From: an uncultured Kangiellaceae bacterium
Lineage (GTDB): Bacteria; Pseudomonadota; Gammaproteobacteria; Enterobacterales; Kangiellaceae
DNA length: 51,102 nucleotides
Assembly (NCBI GenBank): GCA_964411875.1
Contig: CAYPMT010000001.1
Coordinates: forward strand, 20,824 to 71,925
Direction: 5' to 3'
Part shown: positions 10,234-20,334 of the stretch, one piece after another
Numbering within the stretch: position 1 is the stretch's first letter
How the letters are laid out: every line of letters begins with the position of its first letter
The notes under the pieces: generated by a model
Databases searched by the model: none
Told to the model about the DNA's origin: nothing
The model's input: the letters and a program-made list of their open reading frames with translations, nothing else
Program-made: the position numbers and the translations under genes

Positions 10234-10659
10234 TTAAACGATTGTTCGGTGATTAAGAGCATAGCCGCGTTCCCGATAAAAGCGAAAACGTTCTCTGGCT
10301 TTTTCTTTTTTATCTTGATCGCCATAGGCGTATTCAAATACCCAATTGAAACGACTAAAAAACAAGGGGACATCTTGAGCAAGATTAATTAGAACATCGG
10401 GTTGTATATTTGGTTCTTGACCAAAACCAATTTCAATGGGGGGTTTTGTATCAGGATCTTCATCGACTAATTGATGAGGCAAAAAACTTTTTTTATCTGT
10501 CCAGAGCAATTCGTCAATTTTTTCTGCAGCGCGACGACTTTCTGTATGTACAAAAACTTTTTGGCCTTTGCGATAAGCACGCTTAATCACCTCACACAAA
10601 TGAGTGTAAGGTGTTTGGCTGTTGTCAGTTTCTGACGAATAAAATTCAACTCGTGTCAT
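10234..10659 (-). CDS. holC: DNA polymerase III chi subunit
   Basis: DELLW..SFLPH and ARERFRFYRERGY; pepA-holC-valS synteny. Confidence 0.95.
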   Translation of the reverse strand: MTRVEFYSSETDNSQTPYTHLCEVIKRAYRKGQKVFVHTESRRAAEKIDELLWTDKKSFLPHQLVDEDPDTKPPIEIGFGQEPNIQPDVLINLAQDVPLFFSRFNWVFEYAYGDQDKKEKARERFRFYRERGYALNHRTIV

Positions 10660-10677
10660 TGTTTAATTAGACTGCAG

Positions 10678-12171
10678 TTAATCTTCGCAGCGGTTAATTA
10701 AATATTGAGTTAGTAATGGAACTGGACGACCCGTTGCACCCTTTTGTTTACCTGATTTCCAGGCAGTACCCGCTACATCTAAATGTGCCCAGTGATATTT
10801 TTTAGTATAGCGTTCTAGGAAACAGCCGGCAGTGATTGAGCCTGCTGATGAACCACCAATATTCGCCATATCAGCAAAGTTGCAATCGAGTTGTTCTTGG
10901 TACTCATCACCAAGTGGTAAGCGCCAAGCATTATCGCCTGCGGTTTCACCAGCATTGAGTAGGTCGTGTGCAAGTGGATTGTGATTACTCATTAATCCTG
11001 ATTTGTGATGGCCTAATGCAACAATACAGGCACCGGTTAATGTTGCCACATCAATAACAACGTCAGGTTCAAATCGCTCGACGTAAGTTAATGCGTCACA
11101 AAGGACTAAACGTCCTTCAGCATCAGTATTAAGTATTTCAATGGTTTTGCCGGATAAAGAGGTAACAATATCGCCCGGTCGAGAAGCTTTACCACTTGGC
11201 ATATTTTCAGCGGCAGCAATGACCATAATTAAGTTTATTGGCAGTTGCATTTGTACTGCGGCAACCATGGCACCAAAAACAGCGGCTGAACCACCCATGT
11301 CATATTTCATTTCATCCATACCTTTTCCAGGCTTTAATGAAATACCGCCAGTATCAAAGGTAATACCTTTACCAACAAGTACGACTGGCTTTTGATCGGC
11401 TTTGCCAGCTTGGTAATTTAGGATAATCAGTTTTCCCGGTGTGTCAGAGCCTTTGGAAACCGAGATAAAAGCACCCATGCCCATTTCTTCCAGTTCAGAT
11501 TCATCCAATATTTGGCATTCAAGGTTATCATTATCAGATGCAAAAACTTTTGCTTGTTCGGCTAAATAAGTTGGATTAGCAATATTAGGCGGGCAGTTAG
11601 CCAAGTCTCTTGCTTTGTGACAACCTGCTGCAATAGCCAAGCCTTCTTCAATGGCTTTCTCGCCAATAGCAAGCTCTTTTCGGGTGGTTACATTAAAAGT
11701 GAGTCGTCTGAGTGGCCGACGGGTATTATCTTTTTTACTTTTAAACTCTTCGAAGGTGTAGAGAGTGTTTTGAGCAGCTTCTACAGCTTGACGAACTTTC
11801 CAACGAGTATCACGACCTTTAACACTTAACTCACTTAAAAAGCATACGGCTTCCATAGAGCCAGTGTCATTTAATGTGGTAATAGCTTTGGCTATCACGT
11901 TTCGATAGGCTTTATCGCTAAAGTTTCGCTCTTTGCCACAACCAATCAGTAAAACGCGATCAGAAAGTGTATTAGGTACATTGTGTAAGAGCAAAATTTG
12001 ACCAAGCTTACCTTCCATATCACCCCGTCGTAAAAGGTTGCTTAAATAACCTTCACTGACTTCATCTATTTGCTCGCCCATGGAAGACAGTTTTCTAGAT
12101 TCGAAAACACCAACAACAACACAAGCGCTACGTTGTTTTTCAGGATTACCACTTTTAACATTAAATTCCAT
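10678..12171 (-). CDS. pepA: Leucyl aminopeptidase (M17)
   Basis: [26 protein letters not shown]. Confidence 0.98.
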   Translation of the reverse strand: MEFNVKSGNPEKQRSACVVVGVFESRKLSSMGEQIDEVSEGYLSNLLRRGDMEGKLGQILLLHNVPNTLSDRVLLIGCGKERNFSDKAYRNVIAKAITTLNDTGSMEAVCFLSELSVKGRDTRWKVRQAVEAAQNTLYTFEEFKSKKDNTRRPLRRLTFNVTTRKELAIGEKAIEEGLAIAAGCHKARDLANCPPNIANPTYLAEQAKVFASDNDNLECQILDESELEEMGMGAFISVSKGSDTPGKLIILNYQAGKADQKPVVLVGKGITFDTGGISLKPGKGMDEMKYDMGGSAAVFGAMVAAVQMQLPINLIMVIAAAENMPSGKASRPGDIVTSLSGKTIEILNTDAEGRLVLCDALTYVERFEPDVVIDVATLTGACIVALGHHKSGLMSNHNPLAHDLLNAGETAGDNAWRLPLGDEYQEQLDCNFADMANIGGSSAGSITAGCFLERYTKKYHWAHLDVAGTAWKSGKQKGATGRPVPLLTQYLINRCED

Positions 12172-12373
12172 CAAATTACCTTATTTATTAATGAGTTAAT
12201 ACTAGGAGGCGTTGACTTACTGACTTAGCCCCGTAGGCTATGATATAGTTGCTTCACTACCTGATATCACCATCAAATTTGGGTTTATTAGTTAAGTAAA
12301 GTATGAAAAATGCCAGTTTAACTGAAATAAATCCAATTTATAAGTAAAAGTCGTACTTTTCTGAGTAAATAAG

Positions 12374-13531
12374 TTGATTTTAAAGCGATATATTAATCAT
12401 GAAATTTTACGTGTCACTTTGGCTGTGCTTTTAGTATTGATTTTAATTTTTTTAAGTACACGTTTTATTAAATTTATTCAATTAGCGGTTGATGGCTCTA
12501 TATCTTCTTCAGCAGTATTTAAACTTCTTGGATTACAGGTTCCAGCTGTAGCTGGTTTTTTGTTACCACTGTCTTTTTTTGTCGCTATTATGTTGGTGTT
12601 TGGACGACTTTATTCTGAGAGCGAAATGGCGGCGATAAAAAGCTTTGGATTGAGCGACTTTCGGTTAGCTAAAAATATTATTCCCTTAGCTATTATTTTG
12701 GCTTTAGTCGCTGGCTCATTAAGTTTTTGGGTAACACCTTGGTCGAGCTATCAGTCTAGGGCTTTGATGGTTAAGGAAGAGTCAGAAGCTCGTTATGGTG
12801 CTTTTTCTCCGGGAAAGTTTCAGGAAAATTCGGATCAGTCAGGTGTAGTATTTGTTAACGCCAAAAATGAACAAGGTGAAATTTTTGATATTTTTGCTGT
12901 ATCGGGTATTGATCAAGACGAGACTGAATTAACCATTACTGTGGCAAAGAGTGGTTATATGCTCCAGAAAAACGATTCTAAAAATCAAAAAAAGAATATT
13001 AAAGAGCAACGGAATAAAAAAAAGGATCACAAAAACCGAGATTATATGGTGCTCGAAAAGGGTGCTATTTATGCTTATGACAAGCAAAATGCTACTTGGG
13101 AAATATCGGAATATGGTTCGCATTTTACTTTGCTAAAAGATCCTGAGGAAGGAAATATTAATCTAAAGACTCGAGCAATTGACAGCTTAACCTTATTGCA
13201 GAACTATAATGCTGCCGCAGCTGCGGAAATACACTGGCGTTTATCAGCACCATTATCTATTTTATTATTATGTTTTTTAGCGGTTCCTCTTGCTAAAACT
13301 CAACCACGCAAAGGTAAGTTTGCTCGTTTGTTGCCAGCTATGGCTATATACATTGTTTATGCATTGCTATTGATGAATTCGAGGCAATTAATTTCAAGTG
13401 GTAGTTTGCCTCAGTGGTTAGGTTTTTGGTGGATTCATTTACTCCTTTTAGTGGTTTGTTTGATTGCTTATCAGTCAGAGGCGATGAGTTATCGTCGTCG
13501 ATTTAAACAAAGGCAAGTCGTTAATGTTTAA
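12374..13531 (+). CDS. lptF: LPS export ABC permease LptF
   Basis: GRLYSESEM, AEIHWR; divergent from pepA; TTG start. Confidence 0.93.
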   Translation: MILKRYINHEILRVTLAVLLVLILIFLSTRFIKFIQLAVDGSISSSAVFKLLGLQVPAVAGFLLPLSFFVAIMLVFGRLYSESEMAAIKSFGLSDFRLAKNIIPLAIILALVAGSLSFWVTPWSSYQSRALMVKEESEARYGAFSPGKFQENSDQSGVVFVNAKNEQGEIFDIFAVSGIDQDETELTITVAKSGYMLQKNDSKNQKKNIKEQRNKKKDHKNRDYMVLEKGAIYAYDKQNATWEISEYGSHFTLLKDPEEGNINLKTRAIDSLTLLQNYNAAAAAEIHWRLSAPLSILLLCFLAVPLAKTQPRKGKFARLLPAMAIYIVYALLLMNSRQLISSGSLPQWLGFWWIHLLLLVVCLIAYQSEAMSYRRRFKQRQVVNV

Positions 13532-14591
13532 ATTGATTGATCGATATATTGCGAGTCAGGTGATCGTAGCGAGCTTGTCGGTTCTTATATTGCTTGTTTG
13601 TTTAAGAAGCTTATTTAATTTAATTGATGAACTTGGTCATTCAGGTCAAGGTGATTATCAAATAACAGATGTCTTGCTTTACGTTGGATTAATGTTTCCG
13701 GCTAGATTGCTCGAGTTTTTCCCAATGAGCGTGTTAATTGGTGCATTGTTTGCGTTAGGTAATATGGCGACTCATAGTGAGCTAACTATTCTGCGTGCTT
13801 CAGGTATGACAAGTTGGCAGATTGCTTGGGCATCGATTAGGGCTTCTTTGATTTTGGTTTTACTGGCTTTTGCCCTTAGTGAATGGGTTTCCCCAGCCTC
13901 AACTGAAAAAGCGCAACAATTGCGTACTGCTGCGATTAGTAGTGGTGAAGTTAGTTTTTCAAAAACTGGTTTTTGGGTAAAGCGTGATAATGAGATTATC
14001 CGGATAGGGCGTCTATTAGATAATGGACAACTAAGAAATATTACTTTCTATCAAATGTCATCGGATGCTCAGTTGATTGCTATTATTCAATCGTCTCAAG
14101 CAATTGAAGTGGAGGGGCAGTGGCTTTTAAAGGATAATGTTGAAACCTATTTTCATCAAGATAATATTGAAACGCTTCATCAGAAATCGAGAGTTTGGTT
14201 AAACCCATTACAGCAATCTCAGGTTAATACTTTAACGCTACAACCGGATTCACTAAGTTTATTGGGTGTGGTTCGTTATCTTGACTATCTTAGAGATAAT
14301 GAATTACCGACAGAATCTTTTGAGTTGATGTTTTGGCAGAAGCTTGTACAACCGATTGCAATTGCTGTAATGGTATTTTTGGCAACTTCTTTTGTATTTG
14401 GACCCATGCGCAATGTTTCTATGGGAGCGAGAATATTATCTGGTGTTATGTTGGGTTTTGTGTTTCATTTGACTAGCCAGTCTTTTGGTCCAATTAGTTT
14501 AGTTTTTAATTTTTATCCTATGTTAGGTGCTATATTACCATTAGTCTTATTTGGCTTATTAGGTTTTTGGTTGATGCGGCGTAATAGTTAA
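13524..14591 (+). CDS. lptG: LPS export ABC permease LptG
   Basis: SELTILRASG, FVFGPMR; follows lptF. Confidence 0.95.
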   Translation: MFKLIDRYIASQVIVASLSVLILLVCLRSLFNLIDELGHSGQGDYQITDVLLYVGLMFPARLLEFFPMSVLIGALFALGNMATHSELTILRASGMTSWQIAWASIRASLILVLLAFALSEWVSPASTEKAQQLRTAAISSGEVSFSKTGFWVKRDNEIIRIGRLLDNGQLRNITFYQMSSDAQLIAIIQSSQAIEVEGQWLLKDNVETYFHQDNIETLHQKSRVWLNPLQQSQVNTLTLQPDSLSLLGVVRYLDYLRDNELPTESFELMFWQKLVQPIAIAVMVFLATSFVFGPMRNVSMGARILSGVMLGFVFHLTSQSFGPISLVFNFYPMLGAILPLVLFGLLGFWLMRRNS

Positions 14592-14704
14592 GCCTGCATT
14601 TTGAAATGTATTGGGTATAATACTTGGTATATCTTTTATATTAAGCAATACTGGGTATGAAAGATAAATGGATGTTAATAAATTAAGTTTGAAAGGTTTA
14701 ATTC

Positions 14705-15193
14705 ATGTTAAAGCTAAAAGATTTCTTTGGTTTACTTATTGAGGAAGAATACGCTGATATTCAACCTTTGTTAGATATTTTAGATGTCTCTCGACTGATT
14801 GATCAAACTCAAGTCGTTAAGTCTTTAATAAAACAAAATGGTAGCAAGGCGGCTATTGTTAATGTTGCTAGGCGACAGCAAGTTTTGAAAATGCTTAGGA
14901 TTCTACTTGATGATAAGATGCTCGATTATGACCCACTCTACTATGTTAAAGAAATTACCACGTCAAGTGACCATGATCGACGTTATGGCGCAGAAGATAA
15001 ATTGCTTGAATTTGCTCTAATTGTTGCTTCAACCAAAAGTAAACGCATTTTGGAGGAGGATGCTGGGTTTATTACTTTTAAACAATTACGCGAAGCGGCT
15101 TTTCAAGGAACACGTTTTGATCGGCTTTGGGATATTTTGTCAGAAGAAACGCGTCATATTGTTAATGCTTACCGTAAAACCAATAGTAAATAA
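14705..15193 (+). CDS. Hypothetical cytoplasmic protein
   Basis: 162-aa ORF with AAGG RBS; no motif recognised. Confidence 0.7.
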   Translation: MLKLKDFFGLLIEEEYADIQPLLDILDVSRLIDQTQVVKSLIKQNGSKAAIVNVARRQQVLKMLRILLDDKMLDYDPLYYVKEITTSSDHDRRYGAEDKLLEFALIVASTKSKRILEEDAGFITFKQLREAAFQGTRFDRLWDILSEETRHIVNAYRKTNSK

Positions 15194-15230
15194 TTTAAAC
15201 GATTTAACTTTCCTATTATACTAGTCCACT

Positions 15231-15977
15231 ATGTTAGAAAAAATTCGTATGGTGCTCTCGCACACCACTCATCCTGGAAATATTGGTGCCGCTGCCCGTG
15301 CTATGAAAGTAATGGGGTTGTCGGACTTATGTTTAGTAAATCCTAGTCAATATCCGAGCGCACAAGCGACAGAAAGAGCTTCACGCGCGGTTGATATTTT
15401 AGCTAATGCTAAAGTTTGTCATGATATTGAATCAGCTATCTCTGATTGTCGATTGATTGTTGGAGCGAGTGCCCGTCGACGTAGCTTGCCAAGTAAACTG
15501 ATTACACCACGCGATCTTATTGATATTATTCAACAGGACTCTTCGAGAGTACCCATTGCTATTCTTTTTGGTACAGAAAACTCTGGTTTAACCAATGAAG
15601 AGCTGCACTTGTGTCACTATCATCTTTATATTCCAACTAACCCCGATTATTCTTCGCTTAATTTAGCTTCTGCAGTGCAATTAATTGCTTATGAAATGCG
15701 GTTAGCTTTTAGTGGTGATGAACAGTTACCTCAACAAAGAACTGTTGATACTGAGTCAGTTGTAACGCGGCAAGAATTACAAGGTTTATTAGAGCATTTT
15801 GATCAAGTGATGCAACAAACCGGCTATCTTATTCCAGACTATGCCAAACAAATTGATATTAGGATGAATCGTTTGTTTAATAAAGCTGAAATCACTCAGA
15901 GTGAATTGAATATTTTAAGAGGGTTTTTAACCTCAGTAGAAAAGTTTTGTGCTAGTCATCAGGTTGAACAGCCATGA
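15231..15977 (+). CDS. trmJ: tRNA C32/U32 2'-O-methyltransferase (SPOUT)
   Basis: [36 protein letters not shown]. Confidence 0.93.
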   Translation: MLEKIRMVLSHTTHPGNIGAAARAMKVMGLSDLCLVNPSQYPSAQATERASRAVDILANAKVCHDIESAISDCRLIVGASARRRSLPSKLITPRDLIDIIQQDSSRVPIAILFGTENSGLTNEELHLCHYHLYIPTNPDYSSLNLASAVQLIAYEMRLAFSGDEQLPQQRTVDTESVVTRQELQGLLEHFDQVMQQTGYLIPDYAKQIDIRMNRLFNKAEITQSELNILRGFLTSVEKFCASHQVEQP

Positions 15978-17122
15978 AAAAAGTAATTTATTTAGATTAT
16001 GCAGCAACCACACCCGTTGATCCAAAAGTGGCTGAGAAGATGATGCAATGCTTAACCATTGATGGGGTGTTTGCTAATCCAGCTTCTCGTTCTCATCGTT
16101 TAGGTTGGCAAGCTGAAGAGGTTGTTGATATTGCTCGTAATCAGGTAGCCGATTGTGTCGGTGCTGATGTCAGAGAAATTATTTGGACATCAGGTGCTAC
16201 TGAATCAAATAACTTGGCGATAAAAGGTATCGCTGAAAAACAAAAGCAAGGCCATATAATTACCAGTGCGATTGAGCATAAAGCGGTTATTGATACTTGC
16301 AAAAAGCTTGAAACGCAGGGTTTTAACGTGACCTATTTAACACCCGAACAATCTGGCCTTGTATCTCCAGAGTCAGTTGAGCAAGCGATTACTGATGAAA
16401 CAATTTTGATTTCAATTATGCAGGTTAACAATGAAATAGGTACGATTCAACCGATTGAGTCAATTGGTTTGTTAGCGGCAAAGCATAAGATCTTATTTCA
16501 TGTAGATGCTGCTCAAAGTGCTGGTAAGTTATCCATTGACTTGAGCCAACTACCGGTTGATTTGATGTCTTTTTCGGCACATAAAGTCTATGGCCCAAAG
16601 GGTATTGGTTGTTTATATGTTAAAAAAAGTCAGCAAGGTAATCTGCAAGCTCAAATTCATGGTGGCGGTCATGAAAGAGGGTTACGTTCAGGCACTTTAG
16701 CCCCTCACCAAATTGCAGCTATGGGTCTTGCTTTTGAGTTAGCTAAACAAAACTTGGAAAATGAAAGTCGAGTCATTAATCAAAAAAAATTAACCTTGTT
16801 AAATGCTCTACAAGAAGTAGAGGGAATTCATGTTAATGGTGATCTAAATCAGAGCGTTAGTAATATATTGAACCTACGTTTTGACGGCGTTGATAGTGAA
16901 AGTTTATTGATGGCTTTTAAAGATATTGCCGTTTCTTCTGGCTCGGCTTGTACTTCGGCGAGTGTTGAGCCATCTCACGTGTTAAAACAGCTTGGCCTTA
17001 GTGATGAAGAGGCACATGCCTCATTGCGTTTTTCTGTAGGTCGCTTTACCAGTGATGATGATATTCAAGCTACGATTAATATTGTAAAAAGTGGGTTTGA
17101 GCGGCTGAAAGCTATCGATTAA
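15974..17122 (+). CDS. iscS: Cysteine desulfurase (IscS type)
   Basis: [19 protein letters not shown] (PLP lysine), [12 protein letters not shown] overlap with trmJ. Confidence 0.93.
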   Translation: MKKVIYLDYAATTPVDPKVAEKMMQCLTIDGVFANPASRSHRLGWQAEEVVDIARNQVADCVGADVREIIWTSGATESNNLAIKGIAEKQKQGHIITSAIEHKAVIDTCKKLETQGFNVTYLTPEQSGLVSPESVEQAITDETILISIMQVNNEIGTIQPIESIGLLAAKHKILFHVDAAQSAGKLSIDLSQLPVDLMSFSAHKVYGPKGIGCLYVKKSQQGNLQAQIHGGGHERGLRSGTLAPHQIAAMGLAFELAKQNLENESRVINQKKLTLLNALQEVEGIHVNGDLNQSVSNILNLRFDGVDSESLLMAFKDIAVSSGSACTSASVEPSHVLKQLGLSDEEAHASLRFSVGRFTSDDDIQATINIVKSGFERLKAID

Positions 17123-17181
17123 AATTTAACCATTGTATTCTCTTTGAGTGTTGGTATAGCTAAAAAAATATGACAAAGATC

Positions 17182-17216
17182 TTGTTTTTTTCTGTAAAAC
17201 CCGGATAATGCGCCCC
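17182..17216 (+). promoter_or_regulatory. Sigma70 promoter with GC-rich discriminator for tRNA-Lys
   Basis: TTGTTT-16 bp-GATAAT followed by GCGCCCC. Confidence 0.6.
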
Positions 17217-17229
17217 TCGTTTAGACATT

Positions 17230-17305
17230 GGGTCGTTAGCTCAGCCGGTAGAGCAGTTGACTTTTAATCAATTGGTCGGGCGTTCGAATCGCCCACGACC
17301 CACCA
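17230..17305 (+). tRNA. tRNA-Lys (anticodon UUU)
   Basis: GGGTCGT/ACGACCC acceptor stem, anticodon loop CTTTTAA, GTTCGAATC T-loop, encoded CCA. Confidence 0.98.
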
Positions 17306-17332
17306 TTTATTTTGATGTTTATCGAATAATTT

Positions 17333-17575
17333 TTATTGTCGAATATCAATATCAAGCTCTAAATTAATTCTACCGTCAGTTTCTAAAACGCCAATTGAAT
17401 TGCCTTCAGTATTGGTGATAACAACAATTGGATCCTGAAAGCTTGGACGGCGAATAAACTTGATATTCCAACCAAAGCTTTCTATTTTGTTTAAAACTTC
17501 AAGTTGTTCCGTATTTAAATAGTCCTTAATATTCGATGGTACAGGGCTGTCTCCTGTTCTTTTGTCTTGTTCCAT
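17333..17575 (-). CDS. Small hypothetical protein
   Basis: 80-aa ORF with RBS GAGG; FGW..FIRRP motif. Confidence 0.75.
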   Translation of the reverse strand: MEQDKRTGDSPVPSNIKDYLNTEQLEVLNKIESFGWNIKFIRRPSFQDPIVVITNTEGNSIGVLETDGRINLELDIDIRQ

Positions 17576-17784
17576 GGTTGTTTACCTCTCAATTATTTAG
17601 TTTGATAATCTCTGTTTACTCACACAGAATATTATAATAACTGATTGATTTAAAGTCATTAAACGCTATTAGATAATTGGTGGGTAAATTTATAACGGCT
17701 GGTATTTAAAGTTGCTAGTTGCTAGGATGAGGTTTGCTTTACTGTTTTACACCATTATTAGTCATTATTGTTAGGTTGTCTGTT

Positions 17785-18711
17785 ATGCCTAGATTGTCTG
17801 TTAAATCAGCTGAAATACCAGTATCTGAGCAAGAAAAAGTTCAGTTGTTTTTAGATTATCTCTGGATGCAGGATGGCTTGAGCCAGCAAACCCTTGATAG
17901 TTATCGTTCAGACCTGAATTTGTTTATAGCATGGCTAGTCTCTAATCATTCATCTCTACTCAAAGTTGATTTAGCTTTATTGCAGGGTTACCTTTCTTAT
18001 CGACATAAACAGGCTTTTTCGAGTCGTTCAACTGCTCGTTTGTTATCCAGTTTAAGGCGTTTTTATCGATATGCACTAGAACAACATTTAATTCTTCAAG
18101 ATCCAACGGCAAAAGTTGCTTCACCCAAACTTGCTAAGTCATTACCTCACAGTCTTTCTGAAGCCAATATTGAAAAGCTGCTCGCAATGCCTAATTTTGA
18201 TGAACCTTTAGGTAGTCGTGACAGAGCTATGCTTGAATTAATGTATGCCAGTGGTTTAAGAATTTCAGAATTGATTGGATTAGAGTTTAATCAAATCAGT
18301 TTAAACCAAGGGGTTGTTAGAGTTGTTGGTAAGGGTAATAAAGAGCGTTTGGTACCTTTCGGTGATACAGCGTTAGAGGCTATACAGCATTATATTAAAA
18401 CTTCCCGAGGAATTTTATTGGGTAGTCAGGTTTGTGATTTTCTTTTCGTTTCTAAGCGAGCAAAAAAAATGACACGACAAACTTTTTGGTATCGGGTTAA
18501 ACTTTATGCCAAGCAAGCCGCGATTACTCAACCACTCTCTCCCCACACTTTAAGGCATGCTTTTGCGACACATTTATTATCTCATGGTGCCGACTTAAGA
18601 ACTTTGCAGCTGTTATTGGGTCATAGCGATCTTTCAACCACTCAAATTTATACACATATTGCTAAAGAAAGGCTCCAGTCAATTCATCGACAGCATCATC
18701 CGAGGGGCTAA
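17785..18711 (+). CDS. xerD: Site-specific tyrosine recombinase XerD
   Basis: RDRAMLELMYASGLRISEL, HTLRHAFATHLL, LGHSDLSTTQIYTH; xerD-dsbC synteny; start set at ATG 17785. Confidence 0.95.
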   Translation: MPRLSVKSAEIPVSEQEKVQLFLDYLWMQDGLSQQTLDSYRSDLNLFIAWLVSNHSSLLKVDLALLQGYLSYRHKQAFSSRSTARLLSSLRRFYRYALEQHLILQDPTAKVASPKLAKSLPHSLSEANIEKLLAMPNFDEPLGSRDRAMLELMYASGLRISELIGLEFNQISLNQGVVRVVGKGNKERLVPFGDTALEAIQHYIKTSRGILLGSQVCDFLFVSKRAKKMTRQTFWYRVKLYAKQAAITQPLSPHTLRHAFATHLLSHGADLRTLQLLLGHSDLSTTQIYTHIAKERLQSIHRQHHPRG

Positions 18712-18777
18712 ACTTATAGTTAAGCTATGTTATGATAGAGGGTATTATTAAATTGGCTATGCAGCTTGAGGGACTTA

Positions 18778-19677
18778 ATGAATTATTTTACTAAAAAACT
18801 TATTGTTTTTGCCTTAATGGCATTATTAGCTTTGATTTTTTTTCTAGGTTTTGAATCAAGAAATGCTTCTCACTCGAGTGATCTTAATACGACTGATCTT
18901 AATAGTAGCGCTCCCAATAATAAACAGTCTGAATCTGCTGAGGTGATACCCAGTGAGTCAAAAGTGCAAGATAGGGTAGAAGTGCAAGAGGAAACTCACA
19001 CTAAAACGCCTGAACAGATTAAGCTAGCGCTAGAAAGCAAATTAAATGTCGAAGTTGATAGTATTGAAAAAAGCCCAATTGATGGTTTTTATCAAGCTTT
19101 TTTAAATGGTGATTTAGTTTATATTTCTAGCACGGGCCATCATTTAATGGCAGGGAACTTATTAGATTTAACTAAACAAAGACCAATTAATCTATCACAA
19201 ATAGCGATCCAGAAGCAGGAAGCTAAGTTAGCGCCCAAACGGGCTGAATTAATTGCTAATGTTAATGAAGCTGATATGGTGGTTTACAAAGCCAAACAAG
19301 AAAAGTATGAGATTACTATTTTCACTGATGTTGACTGTGGCTATTGTCGTAGACTTCATCAAGAAGTTGCTAAGCTAATAGGAAAAGGTGTCAGTGTGCG
19401 TTATATGGCTTATCCAAGAGCTGGGCTAGGTTCAGCTTCGCACAAAAAGCTGGAATCTATTTGGTGTGCCAAAGATCGGTTAGCGGCTATGGATGCAGCT
19501 AAATTACAAGGACAATTTTCGCCAGGTAATTGTCAAGATCAACTGGCTGAACAGTATTATTTAAGTCAAGCACTTAAATTATCTGGCACGCCAGCAATTA
19601 TTTTATCGAATGGTGAAATTATTGGTGGTTATTTGCCCGCAGAGCAATTATTCGCAGAATTGCAAAAACGTTCTTAA
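18778..19677 (+). CDS. dsbC: Protein-disulfide isomerase DsbC with extended N-terminus
   Basis: FTDVDCGYC, AYPRAG, SGTPA. Confidence 0.93.
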   Translation: MNYFTKKLIVFALMALLALIFFLGFESRNASHSSDLNTTDLNSSAPNNKQSESAEVIPSESKVQDRVEVQEETHTKTPEQIKLALESKLNVEVDSIEKSPIDGFYQAFLNGDLVYISSTGHHLMAGNLLDLTKQRPINLSQIAIQKQEAKLAPKRAELIANVNEADMVVYKAKQEKYEITIFTDVDCGYCRRLHQEVAKLIGKGVSVRYMAYPRAGLGSASHKKLESIWCAKDRLAAMDAAKLQGQFSPGNCQDQLAEQYYLSQALKLSGTPAIILSNGEIIGGYLPAEQLFAELQKRS

Positions 19678-19728
19678 GTTGTAAGGTTTTTAGTTATTAA
19701 TCAGCATTGTTGAATAACAACTATTTGG

Positions 19729-20097
19729 TTAAATAAAGAGTAGCGCAAAAACCTTTCTGTTTTCATAGGCTAGTATTTGAAAAGTATGGCAAGCTGGTCG
19801 GGTTGCCATAACTTCAACAGAAAGCCCTAGACGATTAATTTGTTGAATAGCGCTTTGTGGCAAAAACAAATGTTTTTCGCCAGTACCGATTAATAAAACT
19901 TCGGTCTCTGAGGGAATTCTCTCAATTAGTTGGTCGATATTCAGTGCTGAAAAATTTGTAGCACTTTCAAAAATAGTCACGTTTGAGGGTTGCAATAAAA
20001 TCGGTCTATTGTAAAGTGTTCCAGAGATATTAATTTCACCAGCTTTATAGCTTTTGATATTAATTGAGTTATGGTTAGGTTCTTTTTGCAAAAGCAT
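19729..20097 (-). CDS. Mth938-like (DUF498) protein
   Basis: EVLLIGTG and VEVMAT..AC.TF.IL.E.RKV.A motifs. Confidence 0.85.
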   Translation of the reverse strand: MLLQKEPNHNSINIKSYKAGEINISGTLYNRPILLQPSNVTIFESATNFSALNIDQLIERIPSETEVLLIGTGEKHLFLPQSAIQQINRLGLSVEVMATRPACHTFQILAYENRKVFALLFI

Positions 20098-20334
20098 GAG
20101 TTTATTTAGCCTTAGTTGACTGATTAAATGCCTCAGGTTTTATGGTTGAAGCTTCTGTCTTTAAAAAAGTATCATCGAAAAATTGCTCTTTCTCAATATC
20201 GAGTATTTAAATAGATGATGAGGCTATTAGCCTATCAAATCAGAGCACTAGACTCTAGATAAAAAATTTAATAAAAGGACTTTTTTATTGTGCAGATATA
20301 AGAATAAAAAGGTTATAAAGATCTAAGAGCGTTT

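Noticed and set aside
17230..18711. tRNA next to a tyrosine recombinase as a genomic island or prophage integrase
   Set aside because: The protein has XerD-type sequence and core xerD-dsbC synteny; I saw no duplicated tRNA 3' end and no phage genes.
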